A stretch of 64,000 nucleotides of DNA from Rhizophagus irregularis. Its lineage: Eukaryota. Each line of letters starts with the position of its first letter. Within the stretch, counting starts at the first letter, position 1. The stretch covers positions 2,604,001-2,668,000 of the forward strand of contig NC_089435.1 in the NCBI RefSeq assembly GCF_026210795.1, read 5' to 3'. This document shows, piece by piece, positions 53,173-64,000 of the stretch. A model generated the notes under the pieces. The model was not told the origin of the DNA and made no database searches. It saw only the letters and a program-made list of their open reading frames with translations. The translations under genes were made by a program, and so were the position numbers.

Positions 53173-54004
53173 TCTCAATAAATTGTTTATCGATTTTAAC
53201 GATAATTGAAACCTTATAGTACTTCCTTATCTGCTTAATTAAATATGAGAGCAAAGGAGTAATGTTTTACTTTAAAAAAAAACTTTTTATACGATAAAAT
53301 GGGTATAACGATATCAAAAGAAAGGTTTCCCAGTTAGAAAAATTCGGCGAAAAGTCTATAAAAGACCAAACCAAATAAGAGAAATGGGACTAGATAGACG
53401 AGACGAACTAGATAGATGAGACTAACTAGTAGATAGATGAGACGAAACAAAAAAAAGCCAGAAGAACAAAACAAGTTTTGAAAACAAATATGACCAAGAA
53501 ATAAGGAAATATAAAAGAGAAATTAAAGCGTTATGGAATTCAGCAGATTTTGAAACTACACATACAGAAGAATACTAATCAAAGTAACAAAATCTATAAA
53601 AAATAATAATATCTTCAGATGCATCGGGCAGCATCGCGGACATCACGCGCTTTCAAACAAAAATGGAAAAAATGTAGATCGCAATGTACCAATGAAGAAT
53701 AGTCCTCATGGAAGTCTAGACGATTCGATTCATTGTGCAAGAGGTCGATCAGAAACAAAGAAAAGATTTTACGTAGGCAGGGATCATGTGTTACAGTATA
53801 CCAAGCATAGAAGGGCAAGACGATAGGAAAAATAGGAAACTTAATTTTATTTCGAAAAAGCGAAAGAATATAATATAGAGTGTGTACAGTCAAATCCTGT
53901 TATAACCTAAACCTGATCTACTGTACAATAGTATCGATGATAGAGTTGCGGTATACTTCTTGATATTATGTATTATTTTATTATTGATATACCAAGACTA
54001 TCCC

Positions 54005-54186
54005 AGGACCCCGAGTTATATATATATAGTCTAGGGAGATCGGCACACGTTTACTATTAGCTCTACGCATTTCTTCAGGGCCGGCACTATGTAATGCTGG
54101 TCGGCATTATCCACAAATGGAAGCGATCTACATGATATTGCCGCAAATGATCAGGACCTGACCTTCCTATGTATACCTACTATAGT
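54005..54186. mobile_element. Relative of the 18224 MITE, inverted, with the right TIR eroded
   Basis: Starts AGGACCCCGAGTTATATA. Internal TTACTATTAGCTCTAC...TTCAGGGCCGG is the reverse complement of 18363-18396. 8-bp TSD ACTATCCC. Confidence 0.75.
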
Positions 54187-54769
54187 ACTATCCCTCTGAC
54201 CTTTAAAGTTCTATACCTTAGGTTAAGTTTCCCTTCTTCAAGAATGCAAACGCGTTAATTGACTCTTTCTCGTAATTTTTGGTACAATTTCTCGCCTTGC
54301 ATCGTTCCGCACTTCTCTAAGTTAAGAGTAAGGGACCTTTCTCCAAAAAACACCCAGAAGAGTTTTTAGCACAAATACAACTGAAACAAATAAAGACTTA
54401 TATTTTCTTATATTTCTCGGTTATTTTATTTTTGTTGAGTTATTGTGAAAAAGCATGGGCCAATATTCAGCGGTTTTTACTCTAAACAACACCCACACTT
54501 CTCAACAACGTTCAACAACGGTACTATAATCAAGAACAACAACAAACCTACGAAGACTTTTTCTGTGTGTCGACTGCGACGATATGTCAGTTCGTTCTCA
54601 ACAACAAAAGGAAAGATGGAATCGTCTTACCCGTCTCAAGAATCCTCGAATAATAGATTAAACCATTTTTCTCTTGCATACAAGGAATAAGAAAATTAAT
54701 CCTACTATTATTAAACGAATTCAACATGTGCCTTAAATAGTGGAAAGTTCATGGTCCACGCCATAAATT

Positions 54770-55502
54770 TAGTGCTCCGTACGGGTCGGATCAGACCCGG
54801 GTGATCGACCCGACTCGAATTTTGAATCTTGATATTACTAAACCAACAAATCAACTCGGAAAAAATAAAGATGCAAATACGCATCAGGAAGTCATGTGTC
54901 TTAACTGTTCGTAAGTAAAAGTTTTTATTGTATTTAATTTAAAATATATATTTAATATTATTTCATAATTCTTTTTAAAACTCTAGAGTTAATAAGACTT
55001 GGTTACGGAAAATTGATGACTCCAATACGTCCAAGGTTATCTGATAAATAAGCTTATTGTATGCAATTATTGATAATATTATTGAACAAGTGTTCCAGTA
55101 GAACGAATTTTTTCTGGTGGAGCTGATCTACTGGCAACAAAATGATGCAGCCTTAAAACACAAACTGTTCGTGCATGTATGAGTTTGGAATCTTGGTAAG
55201 TGTGAAAAATCAAAGAAATTTAAACTGAATTTTATATTAATTAATAAATAAACATTATTACAATAAAAATTGTAAAATTTTTCGTAAAAAAATTGCGTAA
55301 CTTGATGATTAACTTAGCTGATCATAAATTTAATATAAATTCGAATTTGATCCGGGTTATCCGGGTTAAACTATGATCGGGCCGAGTCAAGTTCGGGTTA
55401 CACGGTTGATCGATCTCAATTTTCAAGTCGAATCACATGAATATTCGAATCGAATTCAAATATCCCTTAAACCCGACCCAACCCGACCCGTTAGGAGCAC
55501 TA
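54770..55502 (+). mobile_element. Internally deleted hAT element (TAGTGCTCC family)
   Basis: Termini TAGTGCTCC / GGAGCACTA, GACCCG subterminal repeats, and the dimerisation-domain remnant SVPVERIFSGGADLL...TVRACMSLESW. Flanks GCCATAAATT / GCCATAAT form an imperfect TSD. Confidence 0.8.
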
Positions 55503-57303
55503 GCCATAATACGGAAACTGCCAAGAAAGTCCGTAAAACCTTCAAAAATTGGAAACGCCGTAAAAAAAAAGAAAGAATCAACGGAAATTACCTTAACCTA
55601 CACTTCCTCTCAGTACTAGAAGAGTTCAACCCTAAATAAAGAAACGCCACGATTGTAGCAGCTTACCCGATTTTTATGAACGTGCCGCTTGGTACAGATA
55701 TCTCACATGGTGATCACTGCGGCGATCGATCATCGAAGGTGTTACAGTACTTCTTCCCAGACGATACTTTCTTTCTTTGATATTTCAGAACAAGGACAGC
55801 AAATTACTTTCACAACCAGATTTGTTCCTTCAAAAGAACTCCCCACTCCGATAATGATACATCAACGATTACAAGTTACAGTACTGTTAGTTCACAAGCG
55901 GAAACTATTACGTTTCCGCTCTCACCTCCGAATACAAGAAGCTATAAAATACGATTTTATTTCGCATAGATTTTACTAACTAAAGTAATATAAATTATTT
56001 AGATTATTCAATTTATAACCAAAAAAAAAGTTATGAATCCTCTTAAATTAGTAATTCAAAGCGATTAATATTATAAAATAACAAGTAGTTGAGCTTAGAG
56101 GTTCTGTACTATATTATCCATCACGCTATTGCTTTGAAGGATATATCTTAATGGTGACAACCTATTTCTCCTACGCCCATCGATAAAGTACAAAATGTTG
56201 ATAGCTCAATAACAACATGTGTTCCTTTTGGAGGGGTTAACTTTGAATCAAAATCCCAGTCCGACGTGAATGGAATTACCTTTGTCATCACAATGATGGG
56301 AATTAAAAAATTTGGGTTTCTTTAGAACATGCACTCTGAAATTTTCGTTATTTTTACGATAACTAATTATATATATATAGTATATGATATAAAGGTAAAG
56401 TGACCGATTGCGTGAGTATATATTTCTCTTCCATTTGCATCCTTATCACTGATATAAGTCGTGACTGTGATTCTGCTCGGTGAAAATGTCGCATTCTGAA
56501 TCTGAGAACCTATGTAAAAAAGGATGGAATTAATTTTTTTATTAGTAGAGTTGTTAAATAATGGTAAATTAAAAATTGATTGAATAATAAGGAAAATGCA
56601 ATGTAAATTATATAATTATGACTCATGACTAAATTATGATTGTTATGAATAATGTTCAAATTGTTACAGTATATGCCATTAACGTGTAAGAGAATTGGCT
56701 TATTTATATCACTTGTTTAAGAGCATTTTTTCTTTGAAAGAAATTTTTATCAATGTCAATCCATCGTGATTTCCCGTATATTATTTTTCAATCTGGATTG
56801 ACCATTAAGCTATGATTCTCAAAGGGATAATGTCCTACATCGAAGCATCAAATAAGAATATATTATATTATTACATATATATATATTTTTATATTTATAC
56901 TGTATATAAATTTACATATTTTTTACATATATATATAGTGACCGATGTCGATAGGGACAATCCTGACAAATCATAAATACCGAAAATTTCAATACTCATT
57001 ATTCAGAACTTATCTTTTTTTTTACGTTATTATTAATATTTTTTTGGATATAATAATTCTGTAATACTTAACAATTAATATTTTTATTAATATATAATAA
57101 TTTTAAAATGTTTCGCAAGAATTAACGCTTTTATTGTAAAAATCAATATTTTTTTATTAATACATCACAAAAATTAAAAAAATTAAATATATATTTTTTT
57201 ATTAATATGTAAAGATTTTTAAAGTACTTCAGAAATTAATATTTTATTAAAATAATTTTAATATTGTTGTGTTAACGTTAACATTAACGTTCGTTTCTTA
57301 ACG

Positions 57304-57780
57304 TTAAATTAACGCCAAAGCCCATCCACCACCCGCGTGACCGCCATACCAAAGGTCTTTTATTTCTTTCTTTATCATCTTTTTCTTATATTTCTTTTTT
57401 CTGATTGGTATTGAATAGTTATATCCCCATCCAATAACTGAGTTATACTGCGGTGACCAATAGGAATTAATGCTACTAATACTGATTTCAATGTTGGATG
57501 TCTCATGAAAATATCGGTAAGTAAAATCCCGCATATTTCTAATCGACTGAACAATAACATCAGGTTATTACTTTCTATAATTATATGATAAAAACTGACC
57601 CATTGCAATATTGATTTTTGCCAGAATTTTGGGACCCGTGTGAATAGATATCCCAGACCCATGGCAATGTCGTTTTTTGCCAGAACTTTGAGACTAATAC
57701 CTTCTTGAGTAAAATCACAACTTATAACTATAATCTCCTCTTTGCACTATAAGAGTATTGATATGCCATAATTATAGTGT
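57304..57780 (-). other. Possible small or decayed spliced gene of unknown function
   Basis: Coding-like frames (KFWQKTTLPWVWDIY...; RDFTYRYF...WSPQYNSVIGWGYN...GGHAGGGWALALI*) with a plausible intron. No family recognised. Confidence 0.25.
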
Positions 57781-58348
57781 AAAGAAAATAAATATTAACT
57801 AATATTAATATATATACAATTTTTTATTTATTTATGGAAAAGATAATTCCAACAAGACATGCTATTTATTGATTTCTGATCGCACGACTTCATATTTTAT
57901 TCAATAAAAAAATAATTTTTTTTTCTCCATCATATTAAACGTATGGGGGGACAAGGGCAGTTCCCACTAGAGGAGTACGCCTCCCAGAGTGCCTTCTTGC
58001 TATATTACTTTGTATTCTTTTTTTATTCCTTGCACCTCTAGCTCATTAAAATTACTAATTTGTTTTCCTGCCTAGCTGGAGACTCCGCAATCTCAGAAAT
58101 ACTAATTTGTAATCTTACTTAGCTAAACTCTTTGGAATTGTATAAATACTAATTTGATATTTTATTTAGCACTGGTTTTTTGAAAGCAAATAAGCTTACT
58201 GTATGCGGAACGAAGTGGAGCGGTAAGCAAATTGTAAATACAATAAGTGGGCAAATAGTGTTTGCAGTTTGCGGAGCGAAGCGGAGCATGTACGCAAGAT
58301 ATGGTATACAAATTGCCTCCCAATAGCATACTGCTTAGGTAGCAAGAG

Positions 58349-58626
58349 TAGGGATGGCAACGGTCGGTTATGGTCGGTTGTGGTCGGTTATAATCAGTTA
58401 TAGAAATTTAAACAGTCGGTTATGGTCGGTTAAAAAATTGGTTAAACAGTCAGTTAAACGGTCGGTTAAACGGTCGGTTATACCATTTTACTTAAATAAT
58501 TAGTCAAATGGTCGGTTAAACGGTTAAAAATGGTCGGTCAAATGTTTAAATGGTCGGTTAAACGGTCAGTTAAATGTGGTTAAATGGTCGGTTAAACGGT
58601 TATGATTATAACCGTTGCCATCCCTA
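58349..58626 (-). mobile_element. hAT MITE (copy 2, inverted relative to 29787-30051)
   Basis: TIR TAGGGATGGCAACGG / CCGTTGCCATCCCTA with an exact 8-bp TSD AGCAAGAG. Nearly the reverse complement of copy 1. Confidence 0.95.
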
Positions 58627-59126
58627 AGCAAGAGAGAACAAGCATGAGGAGGAGCAGAGCGACGACGAATGCGCATTCGATATAGGAGAATAAGTATGAG
58701 TAGGCAAAGCCCTTTAGGGCGACGCCTATGAATACGCATTCGACGGGAGGGGATAATAGCAGGAATATGAGCAAAGCCCTTTAGGGCGAAGCGAATATGG
58801 ATGCTATTATCTCCGACCCATATGCTACCTATTCTAATGTATGCTATATATGAGGCAAATATGAATGCCAATGTTGCGGAGCGAAGCGGAGTATGTAACC
58901 AAACTATAAAGCAAATCGTGAAAGCATATAAGATCACTCATGTTTCTAACCGGCAAGACAACAATGTCTGCTGGCCAATGTTGCAGAGCAAAGTGTGTAG
59001 ACCTAGACCCATATCTGCGCCATTAGGCACGTTTAGTGAATTGTCGGGCGGGGTAGGTGGCCGGAGACAGTATTAGAAAAAATCTATTGTTCTTGAATAT
59101 CAAAAAAACATATTTATAAAAGACTT

Positions 59127-59510
59127 CTATTGCCTAGAAGCTGTAATATAGAATCTTGCCTCGGCTTTTTTCATCATTGGGCCACCAGGTCTATATAGCC
59201 AGTTTCGGACATATTCTTGGATTACCCGGGATGCTTGATCACGTTTTTTGTCCTGAAGTTCTTGGATTGCCTGGGATATTTGACCCCATTTTTTGAGCTG
59301 AAGTTTGATTTTATAATAATTAGCTTTACTATAATACTTTCCAGCATGTTTGGTGCACATTCCATAAGAAGAAGCCGTTAGTATGCCACAATCACCACAA
59401 GGAATACGAGTTCGTCTTTTCCAATGAATATGGCATCCTTCTTTCCGGTAACATTTTTTTTCACATACACGACCATCAATATAGGTGTATGGACAAGAAT
59501 AAAATGCCAT
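59127..59510 (-). CDS. Small Cys/His-rich (putative Zn-finger) accessory protein with an IQ-like C-terminal motif
   Basis: CPYTYIDGRVCEKKCYRKEGCHIH and CGDC...MCTKH, then ASRVIQEYVRNWLYRPGGP. Intact ATG-to-stop ORF without introns. Confidence 0.7.
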   Translation of the reverse strand: MAFYSCPYTYIDGRVCEKKCYRKEGCHIHWKRRTRIPCGDCGILTASSYGMCTKHAGKYYSKANYYKIKLQLKKWGQISQAIQELQDKKRDQASRVIQEYVRNWLYRPGGPMMKKAEARFYITASRQ

Positions 59511-59561
59511 GTCTTTCTGTTATTTTACAAATTAAATATTTTCTGAGGTTATTAAAACGAG

Positions 59562-59987
59562 ATGACATCTAATATTATGGATTCAGATAAAAGAATGGAA
59601 TCTTTATCTCAAGTGATGCCAGAAGGGCCAGCAAAAAAAGTGGAGAAAGTATTGCTAGAAGTATTGGAAACGGCAATATGCCAGAAATTTAAAGAGAATA
59701 GTAAATTTGTTAAAGATCATCTTAGCTCTGTAAAAAAATTGTGATTGGCAGAAAATCCTGATGGATATGCTAGGTATCTTGCAAGAAAACAAGTTCCAGA
59801 TGAATTATCATATAATACAGGAATAGAGAAAGTTCAAACATGGTATCGGGGGGAACTGCGTACTAAACTAGAGAAATTATATAGCCTTTATTATAAAATA
59901 TCTTAGGAAGAAAAATGTGAAATATCCAAAGAGAATGCGAAAGGAATTATTCAAGGACTTCTTAACATGTCACTTACAGATGATTAA
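59562..59987 (+). pseudogene. Accessory ORF (~141 codons) with two in-frame stops
   Basis: The frame continues past TGA 59742-44 (LAENPDGYARYLARKQ...WYRGELRTKLEKLYSLYYKIS) and one TAG to TAA 59985-87. Confidence 0.6.
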
Positions 59988-60009
59988 ATATGCAAATCTG
60001 ATAACTTTC

Positions 60010-61110
60010 TTAACTTGTTAGCACCCACTGGGGTGGCAATTCAGTATCATGAGGAATTACTAGCAATTCTTCACGTACAAATGATCGTTCAGGACTATTG
60101 CCTTCATTATTTATAAGCCAATAAAGAACTGGCTGATTTTTTTGTACTAGTAATTTTTTAATATGGTAAACTTGTGGAGACCAATTTTTATCAGTTGCAC
60201 GTCGTTTACTATCTCCTTCTAACTCGCCAGGTTCAAGCAAATATCTTATTAAAACATCATAAGTTAATCGCGGTTCATCATAGCCCATAGGCCCTTCTCG
60301 AGTTTTAGAAGACTGGGAAATGACCTGCTTCTTTTTTATTGCCATAGCTGGAGATAGATCTATAAGTCGGGTTATAGAATTATTAATATCTTCTACAATT
60401 ATAGGCAGATTCTTTACCCAAGCCTGAAATTTTTCAGATAAATGCAATGTTAATAAGTCATGCGCATCCTGCATACGAAATAATCTCTTAGATAAAGTCT
60501 TGTTATAACTTTCAACAATACCCATAGTACGCTTAGACTTGGCCTTCTGAATTTTTACATTATGCTCTCTCATTAATTTCTCACAATCGCCTCTAAACTC
60601 TGGACCCTTATCTGTTAAAAATGTTTTCGGCCAAATAAGAGGGCACTCAGGGTCATCATATTTCTCCTTAAGCGCTCTAGCAATAGTCTTTGAAGTTAAG
60701 ATCCCTTGCCTATCCCTGACACTATATGCACCTATAGGGACAGAAACTTTATATCTCGAAGCTACGTCCACAATATTAAGGCAAAAAAGATATGTAATCC
60801 GACCTATCTTATCATAGGGCATATAGAGAACATCCGCCTGGTGTACTTCATTGGGTATAGTGATAGAGCAAAAACTTGCTCAAGGAATATATCTAGGACG
60901 AGGTTTATGTATTTGGTGTATAGCCTGTCTTTCGAGCCAATCCCTCACTTCGTCTAGACTAAAATCATACCCAGCTTTTTGAGAGGTCTCAAACAATTTT
61001 TTCGCATTTCTCTGATAGCCAGCAGGCTGGTAGTAAATTTTTTGCAAAGTAGTAGTTACATCAAGTTCGTCTCTTCTAGAGGTATTTATCTGTATTATAG
61101 GAATCAACAT
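60010..61110 (-). pseudogene. DDE (rve) integrase of Polinton/Maverick type with one in-frame TGA
   Basis: ORFs 60880-61110 and 60010-60822 share a frame. LQKIYYQP...KLF...EVRDWLERQAIHQIHKP, HQADVLYM (D), IVDVASRY, LTDKGPEF (D), GIVESYNKTL (E), NWSPQVYHI...P.LY.L...SFVREELL. Confidence 0.88.
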
Positions 61111-63136
61111 GGATCAAGCATATATAGAAATCCTAGATACTAATAAAGAGTTGCGCAAAGAATTGGAGGATGAAATAGGCGAAAACAAACTTAAGAATAA
61201 AAAGCTAAAAGCCCTTTCAAGGGAGCTAGAAGCCTGTTATAGGACATTATCTCACCAGGATTCAACAATCTTAGCTCATGAAGACGAGATAGCATCTCTT
61301 AAGTCCGAGATAAAATCTCTTAAACAGCGTCTCTACAAAGCATTGCAGGATTTAAGGCATAAAGATGATGCCAGCACAGCTCAGGATATCCATATTTTAA
61401 GGCTAGAAGACAAAGTCGATCAGCTTAAGAAGCGAATTAGGGAGATTACAGATAAAAAATTATCCCAAATTAATAATTCGCCAATGGCACTGCCAGATAT
61501 CTTAAGAAATATTGGTACAGCTTTAGATCGGGTTGAAAATTATATTGATGGGGTGGATACGACATTTAATCCAAAAAATACTCTGAATGGAATACGGATC
61601 TCATTAACAACTGTTCGTGGTCATATGCAAAGGCATGCTCAAGATGCTATTAACTTATAAGGCCAGCTTAATACTGCTCATAATTTGCTCAATAATGCTA
61701 ATGGGCAGATAAATAACTTTTTTAATGATATGGCAAATGTTAGAAATGAATGTCTTCGAAGAGCTCAATTATTAACTATAGCATATAATAATGAGGCAAA
61801 TGAGCGTCGCCGTTGGTGGCAAATAGCTCAGGAAAGGCAAACTAATGGTCAAAGAATGGCCTTTAGAAAGCAGAATCAGATTAATATATTAGTACGAGAG
61901 AAGGCAGTTCTCCAAATATTAGCTAGGAGGCGCAAAGCTGAGGCCGACTTGGCAGAATTCAATCGGGCATGGGTATTTAATAGATACCAAAAATGGAAGG
62001 CTAGGGAATTAAATTCACGACAAATTATTTTGAATTTACAAAACAACCCACTCGGAAACATGGCTACTATTCAAGATGTTATGCATACATTATCACCTTT
62101 ACTTGCACAATTACCCAGTTATGATGGGCAGGAACCACCAGATGTATATTATCAAAGGCTTAGAAATATAAATGAGACAGCACGTCCCTTAGCTGTTGTT
62201 GGTTTTAATCCTGGTGTAAGATGTCAAGTTATGATAAATAAGATGACAGGTAGATTTGCACCTGTTCCTGCTAATGATCCATATGCCGGAGGTAATCCAG
62301 CTATTGTTACTGAACCTCTCTTCCTAAACTGGTTGCGTGAAAGATATAGAGAAGTTATGGTAGGGACTAACCGAAGTGCTATATTTGCTCTTGTAAATGA
62401 AAAATTCTTTGAAACAGATACCCCAGATAGTTATGAAAAACGAATTAAACCACTAGTACAAGCAATGCAAGATGCTGATGCCTTACCTTATCTATTTAAT
62501 CATTTGCCTTCTGATTTAGAAATGAGAGTTAGAATTGCTACCCCTGCTACCGTCAATGCATTTTTTACAGACTTACGCAATATATGGCATGAAAGTGCAG
62601 GCAAAAGAATACAAGCTCCTGCACCAACCTCAGTTAGCTTTACTACTCAACCACAAAAAGATGATTTTAAAATTCGGTTAGCAAGAGATTTAGCTTATAC
62701 AGGAATAGGAATAAATGACGCTACATTAGAAAATTTTATTTACGAAGAACTTAAAAAGAGGTTAGGAGGCACAACTGCCCATGTTAGAAAAAGCCCTTTT
62801 ACGTCCAGAAGTGCTTATGCTACAAAGAAAGTTATTCGAAAGGTAGTGCCAAAAGCATCTGCAAAGCAAACTCGGCATTGCTCAGCATGTGGAAAGGCTG
62901 GTCATACAAAGGTTAATTGCCCCAAAGGCAAGCGGACTAAAAAAGTTAACTATGTATACCAAGATGAGGTAGAAGATCCTGAAGACTCCGAAGAATACAT
63001 AGTGGAGGAAGAAGTGGTGGAAGAAGAGGAAATAGAAGATGATGAAGAATATGATGAATATGTTGATAAAAATGATGACGAACCTCGAAATTGCTATGCA
63101 TCAAAAAAAAAGTGGTGCGAAGTGGAGTACCTATGA
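61109..63136 (+). pseudogene. Gag-like polyprotein: coiled coil, capsid-like region, CCHC knuckle and acidic tail, with one in-frame TAA
   Basis: ORFs 61109-61660 and 61685-63136 are in the same frame, separated only by TAA at 61658-60. Contains LPSYDGQEPPD.Y, the knuckle CSACGKAGHTKVNC (CX2CX4HX4C) and an E/D-rich tail. Confidence 0.8.
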
Positions 63137-63846
63137 AAAAGAGCGGGTCCCAGAAGGACCGTGCCAAGACGAAAGAAAGAGCAACCAAGAAGTCCCCTAC
63201 TTCCAAGTCTCATACTAGCAATATAGTTATGGCTGAAAATTATATGTTTCAAATAGCCTTAAAATCTACAATATCATCATTAGTCCCTCATTGTCCTAGA
63301 GAGATTCTTATAGAAATTTCGAAATTTATTAATATGATATTCACCAAAATAAAAGACCATTGCTTGAATACTGCTATGTCGAATGATACGGTTAAAAGAA
63401 GGGAATTAGCATGGGGAAATGTTATAAGTAAATTCGAAGACATCTTATTTCCACTATTGCAGGCAGTAAATAGTGAGCAGAAGCCTCTTTTACAAGTTCC
63501 AGATAATAATGAATCTATCCTGAATGCCCCCAGTCTTAAAGAAGATATAGTTATGGCTGATTCGACTAAAATTAAGGAAATTAATACTACATCCACTAGT
63601 CATGTTTTACCAGAGAACATCCGGCTAGAACATGCTATTAAGGCTTATGCATCGGCTCAAAAAAAAAATAGCCAAATATATTGGCCCAAGCCCTTAGAGA
63701 TAAATTTTTTACAAATAAAGGATGCTGACGACGTTGCAACCATCTCCTGTAAGGTGGGGAGCGTGACTATACCCTATGCAATGATTGATAGTGGATCAGG
63801 CTCGTCAATAGTCTCAGAAAATGTTGCAAAACATTTGGGTCTAAAA
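63091..63846 (+). CDS. Retropepsin-type aspartic protease ORF in the -1 frame relative to gag, cut by a hAT insertion
   Basis: ISCKVGSVTIPYAMIDSGSGSSIVSENVAKHLGLK contains the DSG motif. It overlaps the gag end across an A9 run (63103-63111). Confidence 0.8.
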
Positions 63847-64000
63847 TAGTGCTCCGAATAATCCGAGTTAACCCGGGTTATTTTGACCCGACTCGACTTT
63901 TAAATCGGGTCGATACTTGTAATTTTGAGTGACTCGTGACCCGCATGACCCGCATGACCCGACCCGACGGGTCGGGTCATATATTTCCTTGACCCGGGTT
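63847..64000. mobile_element. Terminus of another TAGTGCTCC-family hAT element, continuing past the window edge
   Basis: Begins TAGTGCTCCG, identical to 54770-54779, followed by dense GACCCG/CGGGTC subterminal repeats. Confidence 0.85.

Larger units (their letters stand above)
57940..63846. mobile_element. Virus-like integrase/gag/protease element (left boundary approximate, right part interrupted)
   Basis: Base composition shifts away from the AT-rich host near 57940. A ~1.1-kb non-coding repeat-rich region is followed by five tightly packed intronless ORFs in mixed orientation. Confidence 0.75.

Noticed and set aside
53350..55980. Coding-like fragments around the two TIR elements, possibly a decayed LINE 5' region
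   Set aside because: Many stops and no diagnostic motif, so I cannot support a family call.
57943..58940. Minus-strand TG...CA LTR call for the flank of the virus-like element
   Set aside because: No matching terminal inverted dinucleotide context, polypurine tract, primer-binding site, TSD or second copy is visible in the window.
58566..59076. ORFs 58566-58937, 58592-58774 and 58801-59076
   Set aside because: They overlap a MITE and a repeat-rich non-coding flank and show no recognisable protein features.

Overview
AT-rich, intron-containing eukaryotic DNA. The gene content (TKL-type kinases, a kinase-SEL1 fusion, a large TRP-like channel) and short AT-rich GT-AG introns suggest an arbuscular mycorrhizal fungus (Glomeromycotina, Rhizophagus-like); this is an inference. 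Bases 1-17.4 kb hold apparently intact host genes: the 3' end of a calpain-5/Tra-3-like gene, an Rdx/SelW-like CxxC gene absent from the ORF track, a hypothetical gene, an Integrator INTS5-like gene, a TRIP12/Ufd4-like ARM protein lacking HECT, and a TRP-like channel. Bases 17.5-64 kb are mostly nested transposon remnants: hAT elements and MITEs with exact TSDs, TA-flanked MITEs, a MULE-type MITE, a solo LTR, two LINE 3' fragments, a 4.0-kb non-autonomous Helitron carrying a ~172-bp satellite, and a B-family DNA polymerase fragment. Among these lie an intact kinase, its pseudogene paralog, a decayed copy of the TRP locus and a kinase with ~32 SEL1 repeats. The most unusual object is at ~57.9-63.85 kb: a compact, intronless, virus-like element in which a Polinton/Maverick-type DDE integrase is head-to-head (overlapping start codons in CATG) with a gag-like CCHC ORF that joins a retropepsin by an apparent -1 frameshift, plus two small accessory ORFs. 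All family assignments come from motifs recognised by eye; no searches were run.
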